Shown: one piece after another, positions 26,117-63,082 of the stretch | Layout of the letters: each line of letters begins with the position of its first letter | Numbering within the stretch: position 1 is the first letter of the stretch | Notes under the pieces: model-generated | Seen by the model: the letters and a program-made list of their open reading frames with translations, nothing else | Told to the model about the DNA's origin: nothing | Databases searched by the model: none | NCBI GenBank assembly: GCA_030141605.1 | Contig: JAQGDQ010000290.1 | Coordinates: 230,693 to 294,692 of the forward strand | Length of the DNA stretch: 64,000 bases | Direction: 5' to 3' | Origin: Tubiluchus corallicola | Taxonomy: Eukaryota > Animalia > Priapulida | Translations under genes and position numbers: made by a program

Positions 26117-27281
26117 GAATTCTGACGTTTATCCTACAATGTAGGCTAAGGATATTAACGTCAGAACTCAATATTTAACATGAGTAACACGCATGAATTC
26201 TGACGTTTATCCTACAATGTAGGCTAAGGATATTAACGTCAGAACTCAATATTTAACATGAGTAACACGCATGAATTCTGACGTTTATCCTACAATGTAG
26301 GCTAAGGATATTAACGTCAGAACTCAATATTTAACATGAGTAACACGCATGAATTCTGACGTTTATGCTACAATGTAGGCTAAGGATATTAACGTCAGAA
26401 CTCAATATTTAACATGAGTAACACGCATGAATTCTGACGTTTATCCTACAATGTAGGCTAAGGATATTAACGTCAGAACTCAATATTTAACATGAGTAAC
26501 ACGCATGAATTCTGACGTTTATCCTACAATGTAGGCTAAGGATATTAACGTCAGAACTCAATATTTAACATGAGTAACACGCATGAATTCTGACGTTTAT
26601 GCTACAATGTAGGCTAAGGATATTAACGTCAGAACTCAATATTTAACATGAGTAACACGCATGAATTCTGACGTTTATCCTACAATGTAGGCTAAGGATA
26701 TTAACGTCAGAACTCAATATTTAACATGAGTAACACGCATGAATTCTGACGTTTATCCTACAATGTAGGCTAAGGATATTAACGTCAGAACTCAATATTT
26801 AACATGAGTAACACGCATGAATTCTGACGTTTATGCTACAATGTAGGCTAAGGATATTAACGTCAGAACTCAATATTTAACATGAGTAACACGCATGAAT
26901 TCTGACGTTTATCCTACAATGTAGGCTAAGGATATTAACGTCAGAACTCAATATTTAACATGAGTAACACGCATGAATTCTGACGTTTATCCTACAATGT
27001 AGGCTAAGGATATTAACGTCAGAACTCAATATTTAACATGAGTAACACGCATGAATTCTGACGTTTATCCTACAATGTAGGCTAAGGATATTAACGTCAG
27101 AACTCAATATTTAACATGAGTAACACGCATGAATTCTGACGTTTATCCTACAATGTAGGCTAAGGATATTAACGTCAGAACTCAATATTTAACATGAGTA
27201 ACACGCATGAATTCTGACGTTTATCCTACAATGTAGGCTAACGATATTAACGTCAGAACTCAGTATTTAACATGAGTAACA
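26117..27281. repeat. 78-bp hairpin-containing tandem array, ~15 near-identical copies, in the GPCR 3' UTR
   Basis: Unit GAATTCTGACGTTTATCCTACAATGTAGGCTAAGGATATTAACGTCAGAACTCAATATTTAACATGAGTAACACGCAT. Confidence 0.95.
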
Positions 27282-49848
<22,567 letters not shown>

Positions 49849-50315
49849 CTGCAAATACAGTCACGTATAAAAATTTGAATCCATTGACGGTAAGGAAGTT
49901 ACACAGCCCAAATGAAATTGCATTAAAAATTGTAAAAAGTTAATAGTTTTCCACAGTGATTACTTTCTTAGTAGACTCTACAAGCAAAGTTACTCATAAT
50001 TAAAAACTACAGTCAGTATCCAGCAATTCGCTTTATTTACAGACCTATTCTGTTTTGATTCATTACAAAACAATTTTTCACTAAAATCATGCAATTTTTT
50101 AAATGGAGAGGCAAACAAAACAACGAATACGTTACACAAACTAAATCCACTTAATTATGATTGACTGGTGATTGGGGAAAACAAATTCTTAAAATGAAAA
50201 TAACAGCCAACACCCACGTAAGCAAAAATCGCCTTTATTCAAACACAAACATGTGCAACGTTTCCACCAGTTTTGATCATGTTCAGGCAACATCCTATCT
50301 AAATAACAACAACAG

Positions 50316-50615
50316 GTAGAGAAAACCAGAAAACACTTCATCAAATTAAACTAGTTTATTAAGCGAGAATTTTACAACACAAAAGTATGAAGGATTGCGA
50401 AATGTTTACAGGAAACATGAAAATCTGGAAAGCGTTTGAGTGTATCTGAAAATACAAGTATACAAGAGAATGGGTAAGTGGCGTCCGTCTGAATCTGTGT
50501 GTGTCCTGTTAGCGGCCTGCTTCGCTTTATATAGCGTGCCAGGGAACATTCTACAGGGTAAGACGATTATTCTGTTATACTATGGAACATTCTACAATGT
50601 TCTATTTAATTCTAA
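50316..50615 (-). mobile_element. Partial family L LTR lying between ~70-bp inverted arms (50160-50230 / 50768-50835)
   Basis: Internal LTR sequence lacking both termini. Confidence 0.6.
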
Positions 50616-52274
50616 TTCTAATTCACATTGAATCAACATTGAGAGAAACACACAAAACAAATACAAAATTGTAAACGCACAGATCGTCTGATTAAAAGCC
50701 AAATAAGGACAAAAATAAAGTTATGTTACTTCAACTCTGCAGAAGTTTGTGTTTGACTAATGTGATATCTTTGCTTAAGTGGGTGTTGGCTGTTATTTTC
50801 ATTTTAAAAATTCGTTTTTCCAATCACCAATCAGTTATAACAGTCAATTTTTACTTGTACCAGATGATAAAGGGAACTAAGATGCATAATGTTGGCTTAT
50901 GGTGAAATTAAAAGGCATATATTGGAATGTAAGTACTTTTAAGCAAGCATGTTTTTTGGGGCGTGGCTTTGCAAAATGTCCCACGCCCAACTACTGTCCT
51001 ACTCTGAGTAACCGCATCTGCCTCCGAATACTACATAAACGCAACTGGTGGAGAGGTTTACTTTGCAGAAGGTAACGAATAAACAAAATGATAGTGAATC
51101 GGTTAGTTCAAACTTGTCTTCATGTAACTAATCATCCTAGCGTTTCATTAATTACCTGGTCAGATAGTGATCGGTCAGTCAGTCAGTCAGTCAGTCAGTT
51201 GGTCAGTCAGTCAATGTTAACGTTTGATGGTTAATTATGATTTGTTATATTATTGTGCATTGATATATTGTCTTGTAATATAGACTTTGTTCCGAAATCA
51301 AAGTATTAAATTCAATGCAGTCAGTCAGTCAGTCAGTCAGTCATCAGAATTTTATAATGTAGCAGTGTGGAGAGCAGTACACTGGATAGATAAAAACTTA
51401 CAAATGGAAAAGAATGTAGGACTAAGAAAATAAACAGGGTTTCAATAAACATGTTTTTGAACTATTCTGAGATGGGACTGTTTTTAGAGTAGCATGCCAT
51501 GACGGGCCATTTAAAATTTTTTTCTACAACTATGCATTTGAACACAATGATCCATAGTGTAACACTAGACAAAGAAAATGTTCAAGGCTTCGATGGATGC
51601 AACATTGAATAACCCCTTGCTTGCCAACTTACACTAACATGGTTTATGGGGATGGTCCCAGAAACGGGGCCGTACCATCCACAAGGCTCACCTGAAAATT
51701 GATACTGCCACCCAGGCAGTAAACACTAAGATCTCTCTATGGTCTAATATAGATAAAAATTGGTTACCAGACTGAACGACCGAAATTCATTTTGCTGGTT
51801 TTGTTTTAAGCTTGGGCTCCCGGGCTATTAGTTTGTGTAACATATTCGTTGCTGTGTTTGTCTCTCTATTTAAAAAACTTCATGACTTTGGTAAGAATTT
51901 GTTATTTAATGAGCACAAAACACAATTCAAATATCTATAATAAAGCGAATTAGTCAGAATCACACTTTGTCGCATTCGTCACCACTGCCGTCAGAACTGT
52001 CACCGTTGTTGTCATTACTGCTGCTGCTGTTCAGTCTAGACTATAAATTAAATGTGATACGATAGAGCCATCTGTGTAGCTTTCATTGGGATAAAATATT
52101 ACGACAAAAGAAGTGATATAGGGAAAAATACAGTGCAAAAATCGGGGAATGATAGAAGAATTAGCATTTCATAACATGTTCGAGGCAATTTCAACATTTT
52201 TCAAGGGTTATGACTTATGATGCGCCAAAGCCTTTAGCCGGTAGTCAACTTGCTGCATAACTTTCAACATCAGT

Positions 52275-52808
<534 letters not shown>

Positions 52809-53479
52809 AAGATAGTGCTCGTAATCTCAACACGATACCTGCGGACGCCTCTACAAAGAATATCCAAGTTCGTTGTGTGTCACTGTCACTGATTTATTTG
52901 CGCAGTATAGGAGGGTAAGTGCTTAGTAGTTGTAGTCAGCTATATAGGTGACTTTATGGGTCAGCTATAAATGGACCACTTTGCGAGATACCCGGGTGGC
53001 GTGCTCTTCAACTGAGATTAGGTTGTTCAACAAGTCACATACACGTCTGATTGAGGGCAAGTGCATAACATGGTGAGCTGGTTTCCTTATTAAGTCACGT
53101 ACATTAGGTGGCTTCCTGTGAATAATTGGCTTCCTATTCTTAAATAGTTTATTGGCTTGAATCAGACAGTTTCACATGACTGATACATTGATTCTCCACA
53201 CAATGCACATAATACATAATAAACGTGGGATTATATTAAATAAAATCGAATTAGAAATTAAACATGATTTACGTCATATCATGTCACTGGAAATTAGGTG
53301 TGATTGTGCAACATAGAGTATGAGAGGTTTAATAAAACATTAATAAAATTAGTAAATAAAACATTCTCACAGAAGATTGGTTTTGTCGAGTTTGAAAACG
53401 CTTGTGTACAGTTAATAAAGTTCTGCACATAATGAAAGATTGAACAGTGACACTTATAGCTTAAAGATCATTCCTGTGA

Positions 53480-53952
<473 letters not shown>

Positions 53953-54339
53953 ACCTTAGTAGGGTTCACATAGAACTTAAAGCTGTTAATGTGCAAATAT
54001 GTAAGCGGGTTAGACCACATATTTTACCACCAGTTGATAACTTGTGTTACTTTTGTGACTGTCTCCCTTTAATAACTGCATATATTCAGCTCACTGCAAG
54101 CCAAAATTGAGCAGAAAAAAACGAAGCTGTCAAGAACCACTCTTTCTGGCCGCTGCCCATCCAGTTACAAGCCACCCAGGCTCTGCTTAACTTTGAAATC
54201 AAACACACAACACGCCTCCGCTTCTTGACCTTAATTCTTAAATAACTTTCATTTTGAATAAATGTTTTTTCATCTCAAACACACTGGAAGTGTTGCAAGC
54301 GAAATCTCTCCTTATGGATGCAAAGTACTAATTACAATA

Positions 54340-54760
54340 CTCGAAGGTGTGATATTGCCTTCAAGTAACCTGTTGGCTGAGTTATCAAGACTTGACTGTT
54401 GGTACAATTCAACAGAAAACATAGTCTAATTATGGTTATTAATATTCAGATTTTGAAAAACAAAATTTTGAGGTGGTGTTTGCTCCATTTGAAGTTGGCA
54501 CTCGCGGCTTTATTTCTGTGACAATTATGCTTAAAATAGTTTTCAAGCGGCGCCATTACAAAGGAAAATTATCTGAAATGAGAAGAGACATAATGAAACT
54601 TCATCTTATCATATGTAATTTTCTATTCAAATTTCTCGCCAGAATGGCAAACTCAATCTTTAATGTCCGTGTCATTACCTTATCATATATAATTTTCTAT
54701 TCAAATTTCTCGCCAGTATGGCAAGCTGAATCTTTAATGTCCGTGCCAAACACATAAGAC
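54340..54760 (+). mobile_element. Decayed 3' fragment of a restriction-like-endonuclease (RLE) non-LTR retrotransposon
   Basis: VVFAPFEVGTRGFIS matches the P-x-E-V-G-x-R-G-F motif at the C-terminus of R2/NeSL/HERO-type ORFs; frame disrupted. Confidence 0.5.
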
Positions 54761-54858
<98 letters not shown>

Positions 54859-55038
54859 CTTTATTTAAAGTCGGTTTTTGGGTCAACAATTAACATTAGC
54901 TCAAAGAGCTATTATCGCCGACTGTAAATAACAACCTACAACTACATAACAGAGACTATTATTACCCCACTTTTACCCTAAATACCATGCGTCAGGCAGC
55001 GCAGCAGCAGGTACCATTTTTAAAGTCTTTGGTATGAC
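54761..55038 (-). mobile_element. 5'-truncated SINE copy with long (ATT)n tail
   Basis: Reverse complement of ~18047-18240, high identity. Confidence 0.8.
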
Positions 55039-55171
55039 ACATTTATACATGTTCTGTATAAATTTTAACTCCTAAGTTATAAATAGATGTAATTATTTTT
55101 ATCATAAATTTATTTACAACTTTTTCCTTTTTATCTTGCAGAACGCTAGCGTTTGTCATATAAGTGTTTAT

Positions 55172-55582
55172 ACTCGACAACTAACTTTATAGCTAAACAT
55201 ACATTACATGATGTAAACCTATTAATGGATTTCACCTTGCATAAAACTGTTATAGAAAATAATGTTACCCTAGAAGATGTATTTGGTAATTTTCATGTAA
55301 TATCTCGTAAGATTGTGTGAAAGGATGCGATTTAACATGTAAGCAGCTAGTAGACAGTAGACTTTGCAAAAGATTGCATAAATTGTATAGAAAGCAGGAA
55401 TTTTAATTTTTTATCAATGATAAATCGTTTCCTTTCACAATCTTACGAGATATTACATGAAAATTACTAAATACATCTTCTAGGGTAACGTTATTTTCTA
55501 TAACAGTTTTATGCAAGGTGAAATCCATTAATAGGTTTACATCATGTAATGTATGTTTAGCTATAAAGTTAGTTGTCGAGTT
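55172..55582. repeat. Near-perfect inverted repeat, ~150-bp arms, ~105-bp spacer
   Basis: 55172-55325 is the reverse complement of 55430-55582 with about 3-4 differences. Confidence 0.9.
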
Positions 55583-56269
55583 ACTACTATTGTTACATGC
55601 TACATAGAGTTTAATAAACCGTTTTGCAAAGTGCATACTTGGCTGAACGGTACCAGCAATATGGGGTAAATTTACGGATAGTTATATTCCAAGCGGTATC
55701 AATAAAATGTATTTTCGAATTATTTAACCTCGAACTCTGCAATATCCTAGACAATATATCTGTGAAAGTTGTAACTGTATATTTTAGGTGCTGCCATCTA
55801 TTGATTAGTCACTTTAACATTTTACTAGTTAAATTCACCCCTAGTACAATTGTTCGGTCCAGTGAATATGCAAACTCACTGGATCTCCCCTATTTTTACT
55901 GTAATGGGATATGTGAAGCCAAGTTTTTGCATAGTTATCTACCTATATAAACTGGCTAGATTTTACTTCTAGCCACTGTCTAATTCTTCGTGATCAGTGC
56001 AGGACACTCTGGTCGTCAGTGTAGTTTAGCAGTCATGTCACATATAACTATGTAGTGTAATAAAACTGTTTCAGTTTTTGTGCAAACATGTAATATGGTG
56101 TTTAGTTGTTTTCTACAAGTGTTCAACTTCATAACTAACTTTCACAATATCTGAAGTAGTTTACATTTTAAGTCAAAACAAGCAAGTGGAATGAAATCGC
56201 CCCGTTTACTAAAAATATAAGCATCATCCGTTAAATCACCTGTAAACACGTGACCCAAAAAAATTACCA

Positions 56270-57815
56270 AAATTACCCCTACCATAATTCGTAAATTACT
56301 TTTGATAAACCGCCGTGTTTCATTAGTAAACGGCAACAGCATAATTTGTGGTTATGTTGACCACCATAGGATACATTGTACCTCTGCTTAAAGATATGTG
56401 ACTTACTAGTAATACGAAATTTAAATTCACTTAGTTACGTTCCCTTATCTATGCTGGAATAACTGTAGACAACCGACATTGCTAGCGCGTGTGCAAAAAT
56501 CATTGTTATTTTGAATTTAGTGTCTACTACTTTCATCTTTTAGGTGGAGTAATTTGAGTAACTGACATGGCGACAAAACAACCACGCCGATTTTCAGCAC
56601 AACTTGCCACCTCCCGAATACCATTGCATTTTCACATTTATTTCGTTGTGAGACAATGCGCCTAAAATAAATAATGAAAGTATTTTGTGCACAAAATATA
56701 TTTAGAAAAAGTCATAGAAAAGGTTTACTGGGATGCGTATGGTAAAAGGGTAAAACGAAAAAAACCTGTCTGGGGGCAATTTTTTACTCCCCGGTGACCC
56801 TATAATTGGTTAAAATGAAATGCACTTCAGAAGCCTGCCGTTTTTGTGCTAAAAGGATTCATGCAAAAAGGAAAAGTAGCGTCTTGTCAGTTTTTTTGCT
56901 AAAATTTGATTAGCTCCAGGTTTAGGTTCTTTCAAGTCATAAAAGTTTGCAAAAAAGAGCATACCTGCCTACTATGTTGCTGCAGATTTGCCTTACTGTA
57001 CTTTACAGGAGGTCTTTAAAGAAAGATCAACTTCCTAAAGACGATTAACCTTTATGGTGTTCATAAATTGTTATGGAGAATTAATATTGGTGACATTACC
57101 TATATCTGTTCTACCACCATTTTTATAGAATAGTCATTTAAAAGCTTTATTCTGCTCGGAAGTTTTTTTACCACTGAAGTGATTTCACACAGACCAAGTT
57201 GGCCTATTCTTGAAAAGAAGAAGAACAAAACTTAGCCTGGCATTGACACTAACATCATTTATGTTGTAGACATAACACATGACCAGCAGTTTCTTTTAAC
57301 TCTTATAGGGTCACCGGGGGGTAAAAAATTACCCCCAGACCAGTTTTTTTGCATTTTACCCTTTTACCATACGCATCCCAGCAAACCTTTTCTATGACTT
57401 TTTCTAAATATGTTTTGTGCACAAAATACTTTCAGTTATTTATTTTAGGCGCATTGTCTCACCACGAAATAAATGTGAAAATGCAATATGTCGATTTTTT
57501 AAAATTGTCGAAACTTTACTTCGCTTGTCTATACATTATACGGGCGATGTATCTGATAAAACAAAATGTCAGACGTCTGTATGCTGACGTAGAAAAGAAG
57601 AAAGTAGTAGACAATAAATTCAAAATAACAATGGTTTTTGCACACGCGCTAGCAATGTCCGTTGTCTACAGTAATTCCAGCATAGATAAGGGAACGTAAC
57701 TAAGTGAATTTAAATTTCGTATTACTAGTAAGTCACATATCTTTAAGCAGAGGTATAGTGTTATCCTATGGTGGTCAGCATAACCTCAAATTATGCTGTT
57801 GCCGTTTACTAATGA
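56270..57815. mobile_element. Two inverted copies of family A piggyBac-like MITE (56270-56808 and 57301-57815)
   Basis: Both match 90-650; termini GTGACCCTATAATTGG-TTAA and TTAA-CTCTTATAGGGTCAC. Confidence 0.75.
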
Positions 57816-57923
57816 AATCTGAAATAGACCATAGAAATAAAGCCGTTCGTGGTTTTACAAACAAACCATTTCAGAATTCTGTCAAGCTGACACACTTCGC
57901 AGAAGCCCAACAGAGCACGTTAA

Positions 57924-58713
57924 CCCTTATAGGGTCACGATTTTTTACAACCGATTTTGGTAACGGGGGGGGGGGGGTATCAGATACATCGTCAGTATAA
58001 TGCAGTGGTTCCCAAAGTAGGGGCAAATTACCCCGCGGGGGTAATATGGTTTTTTTGGAGGGGTAACGGGCATCCCTCTGAAAATTTTTAAAACTTCGCT
58101 CGGAATGCATTTTACGTAGTTTTCTTCTTGAAGAGACTGCCTCCGGCAGGCAACACTGTGTCATGGGGTCCATCATTCGCATGTTCCCATGATCTCTGGT
58201 GCGATCCTGGGGAGAAGTCAAAGTTCACGATTGTTCCTTTGGTTTCTTCTCTATCGACATTTCTGCACAGCGTTTAGAGTTTAGAGAAAGCTAGGCCCCT
58301 TTTACTATCTCTCTATCTTTTTGATACTAAGGAAAAGTAAAATATTACTTGCCTAATTTGATTCTCGGTGGGTGGGGGGTAATGGACTCGGTAAGTAGTA
58401 CTAGGTGGGGAGTAATGGACACGACCGGGTTTCCCGATTTGGGTAACGGTCCGAGAAAGTGTGGGAACCACTGGTATAATGTATAGACAAGCGAGGTAAA
58501 GTTTCGACAATTTTAAAAAATCGACATATTGCATTTTCACTTTTATTTCGTGGTGAGACAATGGGCCTAAAATAAATAACTGAAAGTATTTTGTGCACAA
58601 AACATATTTAGAAAAAGTCATAGAAAAGGTTTACTGGGATGCGTATGGTAAAAGGGTAAAACGAAAAAAACCGGTCTGGGGGTAATTTTTACCCCCCGGT
58701 GACCCTATAAGGG
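57924..58713. mobile_element. Internally deleted family A MITE hosting a hAT MITE
   Basis: TTAA-CCCTTATAGGGTCAC ... GTGACCCTATAAGGG-TTAA. Confidence 0.8.
58003..58473. mobile_element. hAT-type MITE nested in family A element
   Basis: TIR CAGTGGTTCCCA / TGGGAACCACTG; perfect 8-bp TSD GTATAATG. Confidence 0.85.
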
Positions 58714-59884
58714 TTAAATTTGAACGAAGAGCCAACTATGTTGTCTTAATATTGTCTCAACGTCAAAGAGGAAATATTCGCTGCAATCATGTGGCTTTAT
58801 CAAAAGAGTATAGGTCTATTCAGCATACGCGCGAATCCCTGTAATAATTAAGTCAGGACGTTATCTAATCAGAGTACTGTGTTCAGGGTCCTCGAGCATT
58901 GCCGTCACTTTTATACACCAAATTTACAGACTAATTGTTTACTTGTGTAGGCTAGGCGACTACGCGATCCGTGTCACTTGTGAAACACTTGTGTGCACGT
59001 GCAAATGATTTAATCAGAACCAAAGCGGAACTAAGAACTAATATCTGGATTTCGAATTTAATCAGTAAAACGACAATAGCAAAATTAAATGTGATAATAA
59101 TTTCTAACAATACCTAATCCCCCCCCCAAATAAGTTTGGCCGGCTATGCTTCTGTCTCTCATTAAGGTGTGGGATCCAATAACCATACTCCCCGACTGTA
59201 ACACGTCAGCTGTTCCTCTTCAGTAATCAGCCACGTCCTCGTGAGCAGACTCTTCGTCAACGGTCACCAATCCAGCCTTCGCATAGACCACGCCTAGAAA
59301 CTGCTCCAGCAACTCAGTGGTCGAACTCGTTCCTAGTTGACTCTTTCGTCTCCAGGTAATAAAGTCGGATTTCGTCCTTTTTCAGAGTTATAAACGGACC
59401 CGTTGGTCAGTCAAACAGACCACTAGTCCGGGTAAAACTTCGTCCATGTGAGCCTCGACTGGTCTTCTGCTTCCCAAAGAAGTTTGCTGCTACTTTCCAC
59501 AGTCGTCCAGACAGAACTTTTGCGATTCAGCGAGAATTTGGGTTCTGTACTGCAGGTAGAAATAAGTTACAAAACAATTGCCTCTTCAATGTCAGGACAG
59601 TGCCATCAGAGCAAACAAAAGCAGACAAAAACCGTTGTCTTTGTCATCAATCATCTCACTATACGCAAGTCCCATTGGAGAAGATTCACATCAGACTTGG
59701 TGTTCTGCCATAGAACGTAAATAATTATGTGAAACACGAACTCAATAAATCAATAAGGTCATTATATCATTAATTATGCACACACATAATTATACAATTC
59801 ATGCATTTCTATTTCTATACAAGAATTTGTGTGAGAATTTGCAAGAATTATAAGGTCGAATGGCTTCCCAAACTCACTGCAGGT

Positions 59885-61408
59885 ATTGGAGGAGATGCCA
59901 TCCACTGACCTTCCTATCCTTACAAACAAGCCATTTTTCATTTATTGATTCATTCATCTTGGGGATGACTCTTGCCCTATTGGAGATGACACCTGCCCAA
60001 ATCGTTGGAGGAGATGCCATCCACTGACCTTCCTTTCCTTACAAACAAACCATTTTTCTTTTATTGATTCGTTCATCTTGGGGATGACTCTTGCCCTATT
60101 GGAGATGACACCTGCCCAAATCGTTGGAGGAGATGCCATCCACTGACCTCCCTTTCCTTACAAACAAACCATTTTTCTTTTACTGATTCATTCATCTTGG
60201 GGATGACTCTTGCCCTATTGGAGATGACACCTGCCCAAATCGTTGGAGATGCCATCCACTGACCTCCCTTTCCTTACAAACAAACCATTTTTCTTTTAGT
60301 GATTCATTCATCTTGGGGATGACTCTTGCCCTATTGGAGATGACACCTGCCCAAATCGTTGGAAGAGATGCCATCCACTGACCTCCCTTTCCTTACAAAC
60401 AAACCATTTTTCTTTTACTGATTCATTCATCTTGGGGATGACTCTTGCCCTATTGGAGATGACACCTGCCCAAATCGTTGGAGGAGATGCCATCCACTGA
60501 CCTCCCTTTCCTTACAAACAAACCATTTTTCTTTTACTGATTCATTCATCTTGGGGATGACTCTTGCCCTATTGGAGATGACACCTGCCCAAATCGTTGG
60601 AGGAGATGCCATCCACTGACCTCCCTTTCCTTACAAACAAACCATTTTTCTTTTACTGATTCATTCATCTTGGGGATGACTCTTGCCCTATTGGAGATGA
60701 CACCTGCCCAAATCGTTGGAGGAGATGCCATCCACTGACCTCCCTTTCCTTACAAACAAACCATTTTTCTTTTAGTGATTCATTCATCTTGGGGATGACT
60801 CTTGCCCTATTGGAGATGACACCTGCCCAAATCGTTGGAGGAGATGCCATCCACTGACCTCCCTTTCCTTACAAACAAACCATTTTTCTTTTACTGATTC
60901 ATTCATCTTGGGGATGACTCTTGCCCTATTGGAGATGACACCTGCCCAAATCGTTGGAGGAGATGCCATCCACTGACCTACCTTTCCTTACAAACAAACC
61001 ATTTTTCTTTTAGTGATTCGTTCATCTTGGGGATGACTCTTGCCCTATTGGAGATGACACCTGCCCAAATCGTTGGAGGAGATGCCATCCACTGACCTCC
61101 CTTTCCTTACAAACAAACCATTTTTCTTTTACTGATTCATTCATCTTGGGGATGACTCTTGCCCTATTGGAGATGACACCTGCCCAAATCGTTGGAGGAA
61201 ATGCCATCCACTGACCTCCCTTTCCTTACAAACAAGCCATTTTTCATTTATTGATTCATTCATCTTGGGGATGACTCTTGCCCTATTGGAGATGACACCT
61301 GCCCAAATCGTTGGAGGAGATGCCATCCACTGACCTCCCTTTCCTTACAAACAAACCATTTTTCTTTTACTGATTCGTTCATCTTGGAGACGACACCTGC
61401 CCAAATCG
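59885..61408. repeat. 119-bp tandem array, ~13 copies
   Basis: ttcatcttggggatgactcttgccctattggagatgacacctgcccaaatcgttggaggagatgccatccactgacc... period 119 (one unit 116). Confidence 0.95.
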
Positions 61409-61904
61409 ATCACAACAGAAAATGAGCATTCTCTTGTAAGCGACTTACTTCATCTTGATTTCAATACCAAATTGCTTGCAGACAGTTAATGTTTGTTGCG
61501 GGAAGAGGTAATTTTTGGGCGTTATTGTTTGCCTCCTTGATGCCTATGGGTGAGAAAAATTAATAAGCCTCCTTGATGCCTATGGGTGAGAAAAATTAAT
61601 GAATAAAATCGCAGCAGCTGTTGAACAAATTAAAAACATATCTCGAGGCGGGATGCAGCAATTCAATGAAAAGCGACTACGTTTTTACAATATCTGTTGT
61701 CGTGAAGGCGTTTTTGTAAATATTTTTGAACTTTAATCTTTTAGCTCTTTACTAAAAAGGGGGAGAAGAAAGTTTGTTAATAACGAAATTCTGAGTAGTA
61801 ATGCTGTTTATAGAAAACAAGAACGATGAATTTAAATTATGGGCATAGTTACTTTGACATTGTACGAACGAAAAGAACGATTACATGATAATGGCTATCC
61901 GAAT

Positions 61905-63082
61905 AAATAAAGCCAAATGCTACGTTAAAGCGGAGGAAAATAAAGCCAAATGCTACGTTTAAGCGGAGGAAAATAAAGCTAAATGCTACATTTAAGGGGA
62001 GGAAAATAAAGCTAAATGCTACGTTTAAGCGGAGGAAAATAAAGCTAAATGCTACGTTTAAGCGGAGGAAAATAAAGCTAAATGCTACGTTTAAGCGGAG
62101 GAAAATAAAGCTAAATGCTACGTTTAAGCAGAGGAAAATAAAGCTAAATGCTACGTTTAAGGGGAGGAAAATAAAGCTAAATGCCACGTTTAAGCAGAGG
62201 AAAATAAAGCTAAATGCTATGTTTAAGCAGAGGAAAATAAAGCTAAATGCTACGTTTAAGCGGAGGAAAATAAAGCTAAATACTACATATAAGGGGAGGA
62301 AAATAAAGCTAAATGCCACGTTTAAGCAGAGGAAAATAAAGCCAAATGCTACGTTTAAGCAGAGGAAAATAAAGCTAAATGCTATGTTTAAGCAGAGGAA
62401 AATAAAGCTAAATGCTACGTTTAAGCAGAGGAAAATAAAGCTAAATGCCACGTTTAAGCAGAGGAAAATAAAGCTAAATGCTACGTTTAAGCAGAGGAAA
62501 ATAAAGCTAAATGCTACGTTTAAGCTGAGGAAAATAAAGCTAAATACTACATATAAGGGGAGGAAAATAAAGCTAAATGCCACGTTTAAGCAGAGGAAAA
62601 TAAAGCTAAATGCTACGTTTAAGCAGAGGAAAATAAAGCTAAATGCTACGTTTAAGCAGAGGAAAATAAAGCTAAATGCTACGTTTAAGCGGAGGAAAAT
62701 AAAGCTAAATACTACATATAAGGGGAGGAAAATAAAGCTAAATGCCACGTTTAAGCAGAGGAAAATAAAGCTAAATGCTACGTTTAAGCAGAGGAAAATA
62801 AAGCTAAATGCTACGTTTAAGCAGAGGAAAATAAAGCTAAATGCTACGTTTAAGCAGAGGAAAATAAAGCTAAATGCTACGTTTAAGCAGAGGAAAATAA
62901 AGCTAAATGCTACGTTTAAGCAGAGGAAAATAAAGCTAAATACTACATATAAGGGGAGGAAAATAAAGCTAAATGCCACGTTTAAGCAGAGAAAAATAAA
63001 GCTAAATGCTACGTTTAAGCAGAGGAAAATAAAGCTAAATGCTACGTTTATGCGGAGGAAAATAAAGCCAAATGCTACGTAT
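61905..63082. repeat. 33-bp minisatellite, ~35 copies
   Basis: AAATAAAGCTAAATGCTACGTTTAAGCAGAGGA; a variant unit recurs every 5-8 units. Confidence 0.95.

Noticed and set aside
26117-27281. CRISPR-like array (palindromic repeats)
   Set aside because: The sequence between hairpins is identical in every unit (no unique spacers), there are no cas genes, and the context is eukaryotic
51633-51691. 59-nt candidate upstream receptor exon (EPCGWYGPVSGTIPINHVS)
   Set aside because: Splice sites are plausible but the peptide does not resemble the expected SF..DP...NLK segment
57349-58000. Repeated short ORFs (MSKLYFACLYII...), also at 262-465 and 58313-58621
   Set aside because: They lie within non-autonomous family A MITE copies and have no transposase motifs
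59954-61326. Ten near-identical 60-61 aa ORFs as a peptide gene array
   Set aside because: The ORFs overlap each other and follow from the 119-bp period; no promoter, signal peptide or recognisable domain
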